Below, one piece after another: positions 26,208 to 38,794 of a DNA stretch of 64,000 nucleotides. Below the pieces are notes generated by a model. That model was not told the DNA's origin and did not search any database. It saw only the letters and a program-made list of their open reading frames with translations. The position numbers and the translations under genes are program-made. The DNA comes from Lingula anatina (taxonomy: Eukaryota; Animalia; Brachiopoda): contig CM120641.1 of assembly GCA_051362555.1 (NCBI GenBank), positions 38,632,401 through 38,696,400 on the forward strand, given 5' to 3'. Each line of letters starts with the position of its first letter. The stretch's first letter is position 1.

Positions 26208-27487
26208 TGCATGCATGCATATGCACACCCAAATGTGTGGAAACATCCACTAAGAATAAATAGGTTGAAATCTGTAATAAGGGAAACCACTCTAACTATA
26301 AACTTCAAAAACATATCACATATCGCATTCAAAAACTGATGAGAACAACTGCTATACATGTCCAAGTGGAGGGACTGAGGCTTTCTAAAAGCACAATTAT
26401 CAAGCCTGCATTCAGTGCTTAACATGTTAAAAAACAACAAAAACACAATCTGTCTTTTCTAATAATGGGCTGAAGTAAGAACTTTCAATTCTCCTATAAT
26501 TACTTCTATTTTTCAGGAAGTTTTATTTAAATTATGCAGAAACTCACATCCACAAGTACAGAATTTCCACTTTCTGCCGCAATCATTAACGGGGTCTTTC
26601 CTTGGCTATTGCACTTCTCCACATCAGCACTCTGTATTCTAACCAGTGATAGCAGCAGCGGTAAAAGGGGCAGACCTTCACCAGCAACAACATGGATAAG
26701 GAAGTCACCATTTTGGTCCTGTTCTTCATTAACATCAAACTCTAAGGTCTGGAAAAGATTTTACATGAAAGTCATGAAGATATAGCATACAACATTGTAT
26801 ACGGAGCTCTACTTTTTTAGATTCAATTTGCCACCATAACTGAATGTTCAGAGTCCTTATTTTGCACACTATTAAGACAAGGTTTGAGTACAGGAAAAAA
26901 TTGACTATAAAAATTTAATGACAAGGATTTGAACTTGGATGTGATTTGGCCAAAAGCTACATAAACATATAATCACAGTACAAGAATATGTTAAAAAATA
27001 CCCAAACTTTGTCATAATTCCACAAATCTTGCAGTGCTTGAATGCTAAAACCTTAAATCAGTAAGTCACGCAAATATGAACAAGCATCATACATATAATT
27101 CTTATACACATTACCTGAAGTTTAATCTGCAACTCTTCAAAATTTCTGATGCTTTTACACAATTCAAACAAGGTTGCTTTCTCCTTCATGCTAGGCAGCA
27201 ACTTGGGCTTTAAACGCATCTCCTTCTGCAAAGACCCGAGTCCTTTTGGTAACAGACGTCTAATTTTTGAGGAGAAGCAAACCTGTTCCGCAGTCCTACC
27301 TGGATTTTTGAAAATTGTAATTGGCAGTTAAAAATGCTTGAGATTTTTACCTTTTGTCAAAGTATTTCTGTCAAAATTAATTTATGACAGGACTACCTGA
27401 CCTGCCATTTTGGTATGACAACCCACATTAAATGACAAATGACAAATAATCAAAACAGAATTTTTCCATCAACAAGGAAATAAGTGT

Positions 27488-27537
<50 letters not shown>

Positions 27538-29000
27538 AATTCTGGTACCTTGAACACATTATGTGAAATTATATGAATTCACATTTAAATCATGTGCATG
27601 TACATGAAATATTAATGATCAGATTTTTGTTGATAGCTCGAGAGACTTTTTTTACCTGAGCACAGCATCAATTGAATACATTGACATTTATATGTATATT
27701 ATCAACTTGTCAATCAACAAGTTTATATGTTGAACCCATAATGCATGTGCTTTTAGATACAAAAATAAAGTATGCTAGGAATATTAAACATACGTTTGGT
27801 TCTTCTCACATTTTAACAAAAATATGTAGAAGTACAAAAATATAAAGAAGTGGTAAACATCAAATAATATTCCTCTGACACCTACCGTGTTTATCCTGTA
27901 TCTTCAAGTTAATCCCAGAATGAACCAGATAGAGGACAGCTTCAAAATTCCTAGCTATGCAGGCCAAATGCAGCATGGACAGTCCATCCTCAAAGGTTTG
28001 ATCAATTTCTATACAAAATTAATTTAGATATGAAAATTTTACTGTTGATGAATGCTATTAATTAACATTTTAATTAACTTTGTTTATGTTCAATGTGCAT
28101 AAAACTGCACTCAATTTTTGATGCTGAAAGAAAAATAAAACTATTTCAATTATATAAAATATAATTAGCTGGTGTTTCCTTGTACAGCTTATACTAAGCA
28201 AACCATAAACCACAAGCATAGACTGATAATTGGCCTGAAATGCCTCATTATAATCATAAGTTGAAATGTCGATATTGAGGACAACATTAGGTTACAAGCT
28301 CTCACTAAATTACAGCCCCATTCATAAAACTTCAATAACTTGCAACAGACAAAGTTCCAACCATGGCAACCCTGCATTATGGAAACATATTTAGTTTTAA
28401 AAAGTTACATGATTTGTGCACTATTTCTAGACATCTCATGGTGTTGCTTAATTGAATTCAGAACACCAACATATAGGATCCTTTATGTGTGACAACAGGT
28501 TATCCTGAAAATGGGCCCACAGATTTATGTTAATAGTAAACAAATGGCATACTTACAACTGTAACTATCACCTGTCTATTTTACTTAGTCTATGTTTGGA
28601 CTATGTTTGATAAATGCATTTGTATTAAGAGTCCAAGGTCTGAATATTTTTTAATGAAAAATAACCTTGAAAAAAATGGAGCTTGTAGGTTTTCAATGTC
28701 TTAACTCGTTTAATGTTTGCTAGAACATTAACATAACTGTTCAAAAATCTTACCTTATTTCTAAGTCAATATGTTATACATAAACTCTTTAACAGCAAAT
28801 TCATGAGACAAAATGAAGCATATCCAAACCAGACTCTTCTAACGACATGTACAAAGAAGCATCCACTGTGTGATCCATGTACAAAAATATTACTGCACAG
28901 ATGCATGCAAACTGAACACTGCTTAATGCAAATAGCATATTCATGAACATTAAGAAGGATGATAAACAGTCATTGCTTTCAACTACCCTATTTTCCCTTT

Positions 29001-29044
<44 letters not shown>

Positions 29045-32000
29045 AAAAAAACAAGCAGGTTTAACTACCTAACAATCAGGAAGAAAGGCACATATGTTGA
29101 GGTTCTCATTGGGTATTTTTGTTTCTCGTGAAAGCCACTTTTTATTTTGGAAGATGCATGAAACGTCTATTTTATTTAGCATGACCCGTGAGGTAACCCA
29201 TTCCCAATATATTTAAATGCAGCTTTTAATTTTCCACTCCTCGTGAAACTAAGTCATTGTACCCAGTGATTCGTGCTTTTCAGGATTTTTTACTTGCATA
29301 ATCAGCGAGATATGAATAAAGTTTCATTAGTTGTGATTTGGGAATTTGCGATTTTATTTCCCTGTGAACTGTCATTACTATCCCCCCAATGGAACCCTCT
29401 ATGTTAATACTAGAGTTGTCCATTTAAAACTAAGTGTATCTTACTGTTCACATTTAACAGTGGCAGATATAGCTGGATAAGCATCAGTGCACACTTTGAA
29501 GTGGAGTTTTAAATGCAAAAACTTTATTTTATCAGTCTCTACAGCAATTAACCTGCATAAATCCATATTACTAAGCCTAAAGGCACCTTTTACTCACTGT
29601 ATTTTAACGGATCTTTATTACTTTAAGAAAAATAGGACTGATAATTATTATTTCACAAAAGGTTTTCTTTAATGATTCTTGGTGATCTTTCACTAATAGC
29701 ACCAAGATTATTTAAATATGTACAATTTATAAAATAGCTTTTACCTGTAAGTTGTAAACCAGCTATTCTGCTACAAATAAACTGTAAGTACCCTACCTTT
29801 ATTGGTACCATTATTGGTAATTACATGGGTCAACACACAAGACTGGGTGACTGTAGATTTCAATAACAACATGTTTTTCAAGATGATTCACTACATCCTA
29901 CAAAGTAGGATTTTCCATAACAGGGATTTTTTTTTTTAATAACACCATGCCTTTAAACTCAATTCTCAATTTAATTTCTAGATTCTGTGCGGTTTACAGG
30001 CAGCAACTGGTTTGCCAGGAAAGAATAAATCTGATTATTGTTTTCAACATCAATTCATGGCATTTTTCTGATAAAATATAATCAAACATGTATTACTTGT
30101 CCTCAGATAACATCAACAAAAAGTTGTTTATGTACTTAATGTGTATTTAAACTCCTACACTTGAACCCCATCCCCAGCTTTGCTTTATCTTTTTGTTGTG
30201 CAATATGATCACATGCACATGACACTGTATCACAAGATTCAGTTTCCTTTTTCACCAGAAGTCAGTCAATCAGTATATAACAATTGTAAGACATGAAGTC
30301 TAAGCACATGACCCACACTGGCTTACTCATGAACAGAATTAATTTCTACCTTCAACTTCTGGTAATGTAATCTGGTTATGAAATGTACCTTGAGGCAACC
30401 ATGAATAAACAATAAAATGACAACCATACCTCAGTACTTATCCTGATATACAGTATGTGTAACAACAATATATTCAGAGCACAATAGAAAGGATGGGCAT
30501 TATATTAATATTACCCCCAACACACACACACCTCACTTGGTAATGATACCCTATACTTTAGGGATATGATCTATGTATGCCAAATTATTTTCTTGTAGAC
30601 TTTTTACTCTACCAACATTTGATCAGTTCAACATGAATTAAATGAATCATTATCATTATACATGCTGGTAAATAGCATACCTGCAGAATCACTATTGCAA
30701 TATACATATTGTATTCTGTCTGTTAACCCGTCCAAGGTGTAAACAAGGCTATTTCTGGTTGTTTGTCAGTTCATTCACCTAGATCACATGCTTGTCGAAT
30801 GTACTTTCATTATAATTACCAAAGAAATAGCAAATTAAGCACACAAATCTTTAGTTTGCAATCAAACCTTTAATAAAGAAAATAACCCCATAATATTAAT
30901 AACATTAATATGCATAGAGTACATATAAAACAGAAATTGCTTTGCTTTAGAAAGTCAAGTTTATTCACCATCAGCATCCAGAATACATGATCAAGAGGCC
31001 TTAATATTTCTTTGCTTTATACTATTATTAATATGTTCCTTTTTGCCAACTTCCAAAAACCAAAACTTCTGCGGTTAAGTTAGTCATTGTTTATTGTTCT
31101 AGTCACGTACATACACTTCAACAGGTCATACAAATTGTGTCTACCGCAGTCAGTAAATGCCTAGCACAAACAAAGCTAAGGTCATATCTGATTCACCTGC
31201 ATATGCACATTAATAAGTTTTTTTTCACTTAAGGCCTATAGCCAGAAAATTTCAAAGGAGGGGGGGGGGGTCTAAAAAACCAGACTTTTCTGTTAACTTG
31301 GCTGACCCAACTTGAAAAATGGCATAGAACCTAGACCAAAGGGAACCTTATGGACCAATAGGGTGGTCATTTCACCTCCCCCCCCCCCCCCCCCCCCCCC
31401 ACATCATAGAACTATCTCTGCCTACAGGCCTGACCTCTACAGGCTGACATGTCGACAGCAATGTAATGTTTTAACAGTAATTATTCATTCTTTTCAATGG
31501 GCAAAAAATATCATACATAAATACAGATACAATTAGTTTATAATAATAAAAACTGTATTTCTATATAGCATTTATTGTGTTTTTGCTGCATAGAATAGAG
31601 CTATAGAGTAGCCTGCTTTTTAATATTGTTGCTAGAATGTTTTGATTTTAAGAAATTAAGATTTCAGAACATATATAAGGATAAGAAACTGAATGCTACT
31701 TGAGCTACATGTACTGATCAAGTCAAACAAGACGGTTTATGTTTCAGAGGCAATACCAGCTATACATGCTATAATAGTTAGATATGTCACTGGCATATTA
31801 ATACATAAGTATATCCATTTAAATCTCTCAAATTCTTTTAATTTTCTTTTTTAAAAGAGTTTTAAAAAATCTTACCTGTATAAACAGCATAATGTACACA
31901 TTAAGTAATCCCAACAAATATCCAGTATATAATCCGACTTCCGCTGGACAGGTCAACTAATACTCTGCGTATACCCTACATAGCTAGAGCACCTAGTTGT

Positions 32001-35000
32001 ATAATGCCTCTGAATTAAACTTCTGCGGTCTCATTTCTTTTCATACCCTTTTTCCAAGCTGTACTGCACTGAATGATAGACGACATTGTATTTTGGTGGT
32101 ATTATTATGAAACTGGGTCATACTAAGGACAACAATGGACTGACCTAGAGTCAGGTCGGGACGACCAGACATCAGCTAAATGCCATAAAAAGATGTTGGT
32201 CTTTGAATAATATGTACATTTCTGGGGTATTTCTCTTATTAAGTAACTGATGTATCTCCTAAATTTGTTGAGATTTGAGAAATACTATGTCTAGCTGCTA
32301 AGACCTCCTTTCATAGTTTGAACTTAGTTGTACACCTTACATAAGGGCCACATCAATGAAGGTTAGGTCCTGTATAAGCAGAGCAAGGTTACGATGGTTG
32401 CAGGCTCACATGTAGGACTTTTACATTTTAACTTGAAACAGTTTATTAGTCTTTTTTTTTTTTTTAAAGATGGTGATTATTAAACCAAATGGATGACTTA
32501 CTAGTTATTGCTACATGATACGGTAAGAATTTTGAAGTTGTTATTCTACCATGAAAACTTTGGTGAAGCGTAGGTAAACAACCCATTCATGCATTGTAAC
32601 AATAGAGAGCATGTAAGGACATGGCTAGTTCAAGTTCTTAAGATCCTAGATATTTTCTTGAAGGGTTTAAAAATGCACAAAAAATGGAAAGTTCATCAGA
32701 AACAATTATCACTTGGATAAGTTTATATTGTTTTCACTCAATAAATATATCCATATAAGAAAATTTCCCAATAGGCCAATTAAGTTCTAGGGCAAAAAAA
32801 AAAAATAGGTAGATGCAACACAACTTTTTATATTACAGGATTTTGCTTCAAGTCACTCATTACCTTGTTTGATGAAATGAACAAGGGTCAAGTTTACAGT
32901 TTTATGCCTACAATTATATTACATGAAATAACTAATGCCAATCCCAAGTTCAAGTACAAATAATATCAACCATTGTGTCATGCTACTTCTTGTATGCTTT
33001 AAAATCATGCCATCTATAATAACAGCAGTTGGATACTATGAGCAAAAAAAAAAAATTTTTTTATATAAAAAAAAAAACAATCTACAGGATCAATCCACCC
33101 CCGAGGGGTTTCTTGCTATTAAACTGCTTTTAGCTTAAGTGGCTTAGATGTCTGGCATGCCTACTGAAGCTGCTAAAAGATAATTAATTACCCCTAACAG
33201 CTTCAGTAGGCATGACAGACATCTAAGCCACTTAAGTTGATTGTCATTTAGCAAGAATCCCCTCAGAGATAGGTCAATCCACAGTTAGTACAAAAGGGTC
33301 TGCCAATGGTTCCTTAATCTGGTAGAGGGTATGCCATTGCTACAGTTGTGACAAATATTGTTGTGACTTAAAAGCATGCCCTGACAGGTGAACCATTCTG
33401 AACCAACCAATCTGACTCCCCTAAAATATGACTCCCCAGTCAGATTTTCATTATGATTGATACGATTAAGGCATCTCGCCTCTGATCGTGGTAGACATGG
33501 CAATGTAGTTGCACTGCTGTTTGGGGGAAAGAAGAGGGTGGACTGGTTGCAGAAAGCGCTTTTCGGTCAACAAGTGACCTTCATCAGCTGCAAGTCAGAA
33601 AGAAAAAAAAAATGAAAAACAGCTTCAGATTACTAGGGGTTTCAGATTACTAGGGGGAAGAAGGGGATCGGTCAGCAAAGATGTCTGGCCTTTGTTTGGT
33701 GAATTTCATTAAGGTATCTTGCCATTGTGAATGATACAAGCCGTCTCAGCTTAATAGTATCATGCTTGATCACCATTCAGTCTAAGTTGCTGTATCGTTT
33801 TTTGTTTTTTTTCTTTTTTCAATTTCCTTCACCCAATATTTTACCAGCAAACTTTCAAATATTTCCAATATCTTCTTCATAAAGTACACTAAAAGGAAAG
33901 ATGTTGAAATTGATCACCAAATATCAAATAAACAGCTTTTGAATAGGGGAGTCAATGGGTGGTAAAATACCATAAATATGTTTCTAATACTGTATATCCA
34001 TAAGATCCCCGCCCCCCCCCCCCCCCACCTAAAAAAAAGGATTTTTTTTAAAAAACTTGATAACCAAAGTAAAATAGGACTAGACACTTACACTAAGAAG
34101 GTGCCATCCACAAGACTGATATGTGTGTGCTCAAAAATAACACCTGGATTTCATCACATTATATGGGTTAAAATGGATTTTAAGAAAAACAACTTTTTAT
34201 GGTCTGTGCCATAAACATTTTATCTTCATAGCCCTTTAGGACACCAAGATTATATTTACTGACACTTTTTCAATTTTATTGGCATTTGGAGTGGGGGCAT
34301 TATCGTGGCCATTGACTGTTGATATCTGACATGATTGTATACTGAAGACGAAAGAAAAGTGGTAAAAAACAATTAAATGTAAGTCCTAATCTTATCTTAT
34401 ACTTCACAATGTTTGAGCTTATTCCAGCTTTCAACTCAAACTATTATAGTTATAAGATTACTAGTAATCTAACTATATTTTTTATTAAAATACAAAGGTT
34501 TCCAAAATTGAAAAAAAAATGGTGTGAAATCAAAAAAAAAAAAAAAAAAAAAAAAAGGAAGATGTACATGTAGTATATAAAAACCCTTTTTTCAATAGGA
34601 CACAACAAAATGCTATGGTGTAGTTAGAAAGTGGAAAATAACATACTAGTAACAAGTCTAACAATTAAGAGCAATTTTTTTAACGATACATGCAAACACC
34701 AACAAATGCACTTTCTAAAGTCATTTTGCAAAATTCATGCATGTACATGTACATTTTTATAGTACTTACCAACATATTTATTCTCTATCAGCACCTTCAG
34801 CATGCGTAGCGGACCACTGCGCAAGACCAGCTTGCACATCTCTATCAAAGCATTTTGCATCATCCACTCCTGGAACACAACTGTAACCCGCTCTCTCAGA
34901 CTATTTTCATCTCCCCATATTGAACTGAACTCCACCAAATGAGTGTCACCATACTTAAACGGGTTGAAGGACAAATATGGCCGCCAGAATGCATTGCAAA

Positions 35001-38000
35001 TTATCATAAATGTGTCCCCTTCATTAGGAGAGGAATGAAACGATGAATCTGTTGAACTTGGATTTCCTTGAACATCTGTAGAATTTGACGCAGAAACCTG
35101 TCTCTTGGCATCCTTTTGCTTGTCATTTGGAAGTGAAGCGTGTTTCGCCATTGGAGTTATTTCTGCGTCTTTTTCCACCCTAATAGACTCTTCTATTTCC
35201 ACCTTTAGCAGACTTTCTTCCAGTTCTCTTTTTCGCAAGGATTCTTCTAATGCTGAATTTGGTACAAAACTAAACATGATTATATGTCATTTATCCTCGT
35301 CTTTGATTTCAAGCTATACATCGAATCTAGTTCCTTTCAATGACCTTGAATGTTGTTTCAATCACAATCCTTTTTGACTACATGATTCTCATAATGGTCA
35401 TGTTACATCTTGATAAATACAAAATATTTCCAATAAGGTAATCATCAATTCAGTGAAAATATATATATGATCTTTTCCTCTAGTAAAATAACTCTGGGGC
35501 ATAACATTGGGAAAATTTACCCATGCAATCAAGTGCAATCAAGTGCAATCAATGTCATCCTTTTCTATTTATTTAGATCATGATACCATTTCTTCCATGC
35601 AGAATGTCCAGGTTCATTTTGCTTCAATGCATGAATTTCAAAACTGATGACCTCCCCTATTATTAGGATTCAAAGTACATGTCAAAAAAGATGATTCTTT
35701 CATAGGCAGAGGGATTTCGGTAGCTTTTATAATTTAGTGTCACTGAATTTTCATAGTGCAATATGACTGTTAACAGTTAAACCTTCAAAAGACATCTTGT
35801 GTTAAGTGTGGATACCAAGATGGTAGCAAAGCACTGAATCACAACACATTATCATTGGGATGAATCACTGATTGGTATTTCTTGATTAACAATTACTTCA
35901 ATATTAGCAGATTTGAGTAAGTTCCATAATCACACAGCCTTTATGATTGGTGATGGTTTGTTGCATGTGATTTTAGTGATCTTGCTCATCATTCTTGCAA
36001 GCAGTTTTGGTAATTTAAAGCTGGGAACCAATACCTGGGTGTTCAACACAGAAGACATTGCCAATTCCCTATGGCAATGTGCACCTGCATTAAGTTGCCC
36101 CTGAAAACAAAAAGAAAAGATAAAAAATTAAATAATTGCTGACCACTTAATGCTGGCCAATATGAATATTAACATACAGTATATATTAATATAAATATAT
36201 TTTCATATTAATAATAATATGAATATATATTTGTCTTAAACAACACATTCATTTTATATAAATGTCCATATCAAAAAGTATCATGTACAATCTTCCAGCA
36301 TGTATATATCCAGGACACTTAAGACTTACCAGTAGACCGTTTCATTTTCCCATATTAAAAGAAGAAAAGAAGTCCGCATACTCAAGTTATATATATATAA
36401 ACATGTATATATTGCTCCATATCTGCAAGAGAATCCCTTTTGTTTTACTGTCAAAAACAAAATGTTCAGATTATCAAAGATAAAAGATTATGTTAGATGA
36501 CATAAACTGACACACTACATTCATTTGATTAATAACTATGTACAACTGGCCTCTACTTATGGTACAGAGATTAAAAAAAAACATATCATTTTATAAGTAC
36601 CATGCCATGATTATATTAGAAATCTCTTTATCTGGGTGGTATTGTGTGCACTTCAAAGCTGTCAAATGTATAGACACAATGCAGAAATAAACGGTCACTA
36701 TGTTGACAGTGCCAAAAATAGGTTTATTCTTCAATTCTGATGAAATATTACATAATGCTTAACAGCATAATCATTACCCATTGTCAATTAGGTACTGCAG
36801 GACAGTGCAGGTAACACAGATATTTACAAAATGTGACTAGCAAAGGTCTTCAGGCCCATGGAAGTTCAAAGTCACACCTTGAAAAATCCAAAAATGAAGA
36901 TTTGACCAAAAAATGCATCATTTCACGAAAAATAGCCCGTTCAGGCTGGTTTTTTAACTCCACCTATATTTTAGTAATACCGATCATTCCTGTGGATTTA
37001 AGACAACAGGTCTCCTGGTTTTCCATTTAATGTCTTATTTGTATTGCAGATATGCTGAAAATTTAAAAAAAAAAAACAGCATAACTTTTGTAACAGTGGT
37101 CATGCAGATCGTGCTGTTTTTGAACTCGACCTGTATTTCAGTCATAGGCCTTCATCAACCTTCATCAGTCCTGGTCACTGTACCACATAGTGGTCAGCGA
37201 CTAACAACATCTTCTCACATCAGTCTTATGAAGGCCTCTGACCAAGTTGGCTACAAGCTGGTGTACGGTGAGGAAAATTTTTTGAAATTTAACTCAAAGG
37301 ATTTTAGGTCTTACATGCATGTTCACCAGGAAGTACTAGTAGACTACCCATATATACTGTATATTCCCTCTCAAATTACCAGCTACCTGTGCCTCAATGA
37401 CCAGCTGTCAGAATTCTGAACATACTGAGAGGAGAGTTCCAAACAGTAATTTAAATCAAAAAGATTAGTATTTTTTCAATCACACTAATGGCAATATTTA
37501 GTATTAAAAATAATCATTTTCTATTTCCTTCAGCCAAAAAGAATAATTTCAAACCTATCACAAAACCATATAGGCAAGATGATATAATTATAAAAATTAA
37601 TAATGTTGGGATTTCCACTGCTAGTGCAAGCCTTAATGTCAACAATTTGTTATAATAAAACAACTGTGTATCAAAATTCCTTACCCAGCAGAGATACTTA
37701 TAAATAACTGTGGTATAATCCTGTTATAAAAAGTATTCAGCATTCCGTACGAGTCCACACCTTTGTCATATAGTTGTATGTTAATTCATTGCATGTGCAT
37801 ATACATTATATCTTTTGACTTCACTTAAAGGACTGATGAGTTTCTTTCTTCAGGACGCCCTTGTTACTTATTATTGTACTGAGTACATGCACTGTGTTCA
37901 ACACTTAAGTAAGCAATGGTTCTAGTAAAGTTTTAACTATGAACGATAAGTATATGGACTTTGATGCACTGGAGGTTACTGATATGGGGGCTTTTATTTG

Positions 38001-38488
38001 CTTACATTTAGCTATAGCCTAGATAATCCAGATTGGAAGACGGTAAAGGCTTCTCTAGAATTGCCATGCACCAATTACTACTGTACTGTACATCACTTAA
38101 TTTTCACTTTGGGAAGTAAAATCAATAAAAATAACTGGCATCTACCCACTGTCTCGCACCTTAAAAAGATTTGCACAAATGTAAGCATTCTAAAGATTGT
38201 CTTAAACAACTCCTGGATGTCTATGTCTCTAAAGTTGAGACACATTCCTGTGTGAAATACAGTGTACCTGTTTCAAAATCCATTTGATTTCGATACACTC
38301 TGTATATCACCAACTTCAAGTTTCTTATTTGAAAGCTAGCAGAGACGCACATCCAAACGGTATACTCAGTATTTGAAAGTGGATACTCAAGTTAATTACT
38401 GTAAGCTAAGTGGTAAACAATGTGGCAAATAAGTAGACAATTTTAACTTACAGTATACTTGGACTCTCTTCTCCTGCTCTGTTGACAT
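18171..38488 (-). CDS. Large ankyrin-repeat protein of unknown function, ~1,143 aa, 24 predicted coding exons
   Basis: Phase-consistent exons: 38488-38452 (tentative start MSTEQEKRVQVY), 35252-34770, 28008-27886, 27299-27115, 26748-26548, 26117-26014, 25351-25201, 24528-24434, 24201-24111, 23790-23723, 23360-23243, 23043-22973, 22791-22686, 22453-22361, 22105-21907, 21676-21477, 21247-21108, 20865-20807, 20455-20336, 19892-19751, 19607-19441, 19117-18909, 18711-18590, 18318-18171. Many ankyrin motifs (GKTPLMIAA, GWRALHYAA, GALPLHHAV, GNTPLFLAV, GQTALEIAA, GDTPLMVAA, GCTALHRAI, GLAPLHLAC). The first exon is uncertain. Confidence 0.85.
20053..20296. mobile_element. Degenerate MITE remnant of the GGCGGATCCAG-terminal type
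   Basis: GAAGATCCAGAGG... at the left end and ...poly-C...TTCCTGGATTTG at the right end; resembles the element at 10228. Confidence 0.4.
22875..22948. repeat. Compound (TG)n(AG)n microsatellite
   Basis: Read directly from the sequence. Confidence 0.95.
26171..26206. repeat. (GT)n microsatellite
   Basis: Read directly from the sequence. Confidence 0.95.
27492..27534. repeat. (AG)n microsatellite
   Basis: Read directly from the sequence. Confidence 0.95.
29002..29043. repeat. Poly-A tract
   Basis: About 42 consecutive A. Confidence 0.9.
31232..31431. mobile_element. ~200-bp MITE with AGGCCT(A/G)TAG(C/G)CAGA terminal inverted repeats and internal poly-G/poly-C
   Basis: Left AGGCCTATAGCCAGA; right end reverse-complements to AGGCCTGTAGGCAGA (2 mismatches). 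G-run near the left end, C-run near the right end. Confidence 0.7.
33087..33280. repeat. Long fold-back inverted repeat (palindromic MITE-like)
   Basis: Inner arms 33134-33172 and 33198-33236 (39 bp, 1 mismatch, 25-nt spacer). Outer arms 33103-33118 and 33249-33264 (16 bp, 1 mismatch). Confidence 0.9.
33547..33593 (-). ncRNA. Minimal type I hammerhead ribozyme (Penelope/retrozyme type)
   Basis: Minus strand reads UUGCAG-CUGAUGA-A-GGUCA-cuugu-UGACC-GAAA-A-GCGC-U-U-U-CUGCAA: 6-bp helix I, intact core, 5-bp helix II, and a 2-bp helix III within the palindrome AAGCGCUU. Confidence 0.82.
36790..37440. repeat. Probable interspersed-repeat remnant (HINE/Helentron-like internal repeats)
   Basis: Recurrent short motifs (AAGGTC, AAAATGAAG, ATAACTTT, GAAAATTTTT, TTCATCA) typical of invertebrate non-autonomous Helitron bodies; no credible ORF. 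Confidence 0.35.
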
Positions 38489-38659
38489 TCTGATGAAGTT
38501 GACCTAGTTATGAAAAGGAGTAATCATTAAGCTATAAAACACACGATTGTAAGTTGTTGATAAAATTTTTATAACGACATCCAGTGTCATATAATTTTCG
38601 TTTGAAATTAATCACAATAAAAATTAAATAAGCTTTGTAAAAGAGTTGTTCATTTTTTT

Positions 38660-38794
38660 AATATTTAGAGCCACGGCGTAAATCATGTTTCACAACCCGA
38701 ACTGCTCCCCTTGACCTATATACTGCCAAGATGGCCGGTGGCTAAGTTGTGAGTTGGTACGGGCTTCAATTGAACTGATAATGTTTAAACAAAG
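38660..38794. promoter_or_regulatory. Bidirectional promoter region / KRIT1 non-coding exon 1 with a YY1 motif
   Basis: CAAGATGGCCG (38727-38737, YY1-like) in a small CpG-containing patch. Donor AAAG|GTAGGT at 38794/38795 on +; an exon of the ankyrin gene at 38503-38452 on -. Confidence 0.55.

Noticed and set aside
37828-37885. CTGATGAG...CTGA on + (C/D snoRNA-like) and CTGAAGA..GAAA on - (hammerhead-like)
   Set aside because: The snoRNA reading is antisense to the host transcript, short and has no recognisable guide. The hammerhead reading lacks helix II.
18171-38488. Calling the ankyrin gene ANKIB1 because it neighbours KRIT1
   Set aside because: No RING-IBR-RING cysteine pattern, and far more ankyrin repeats than ANKIB1.
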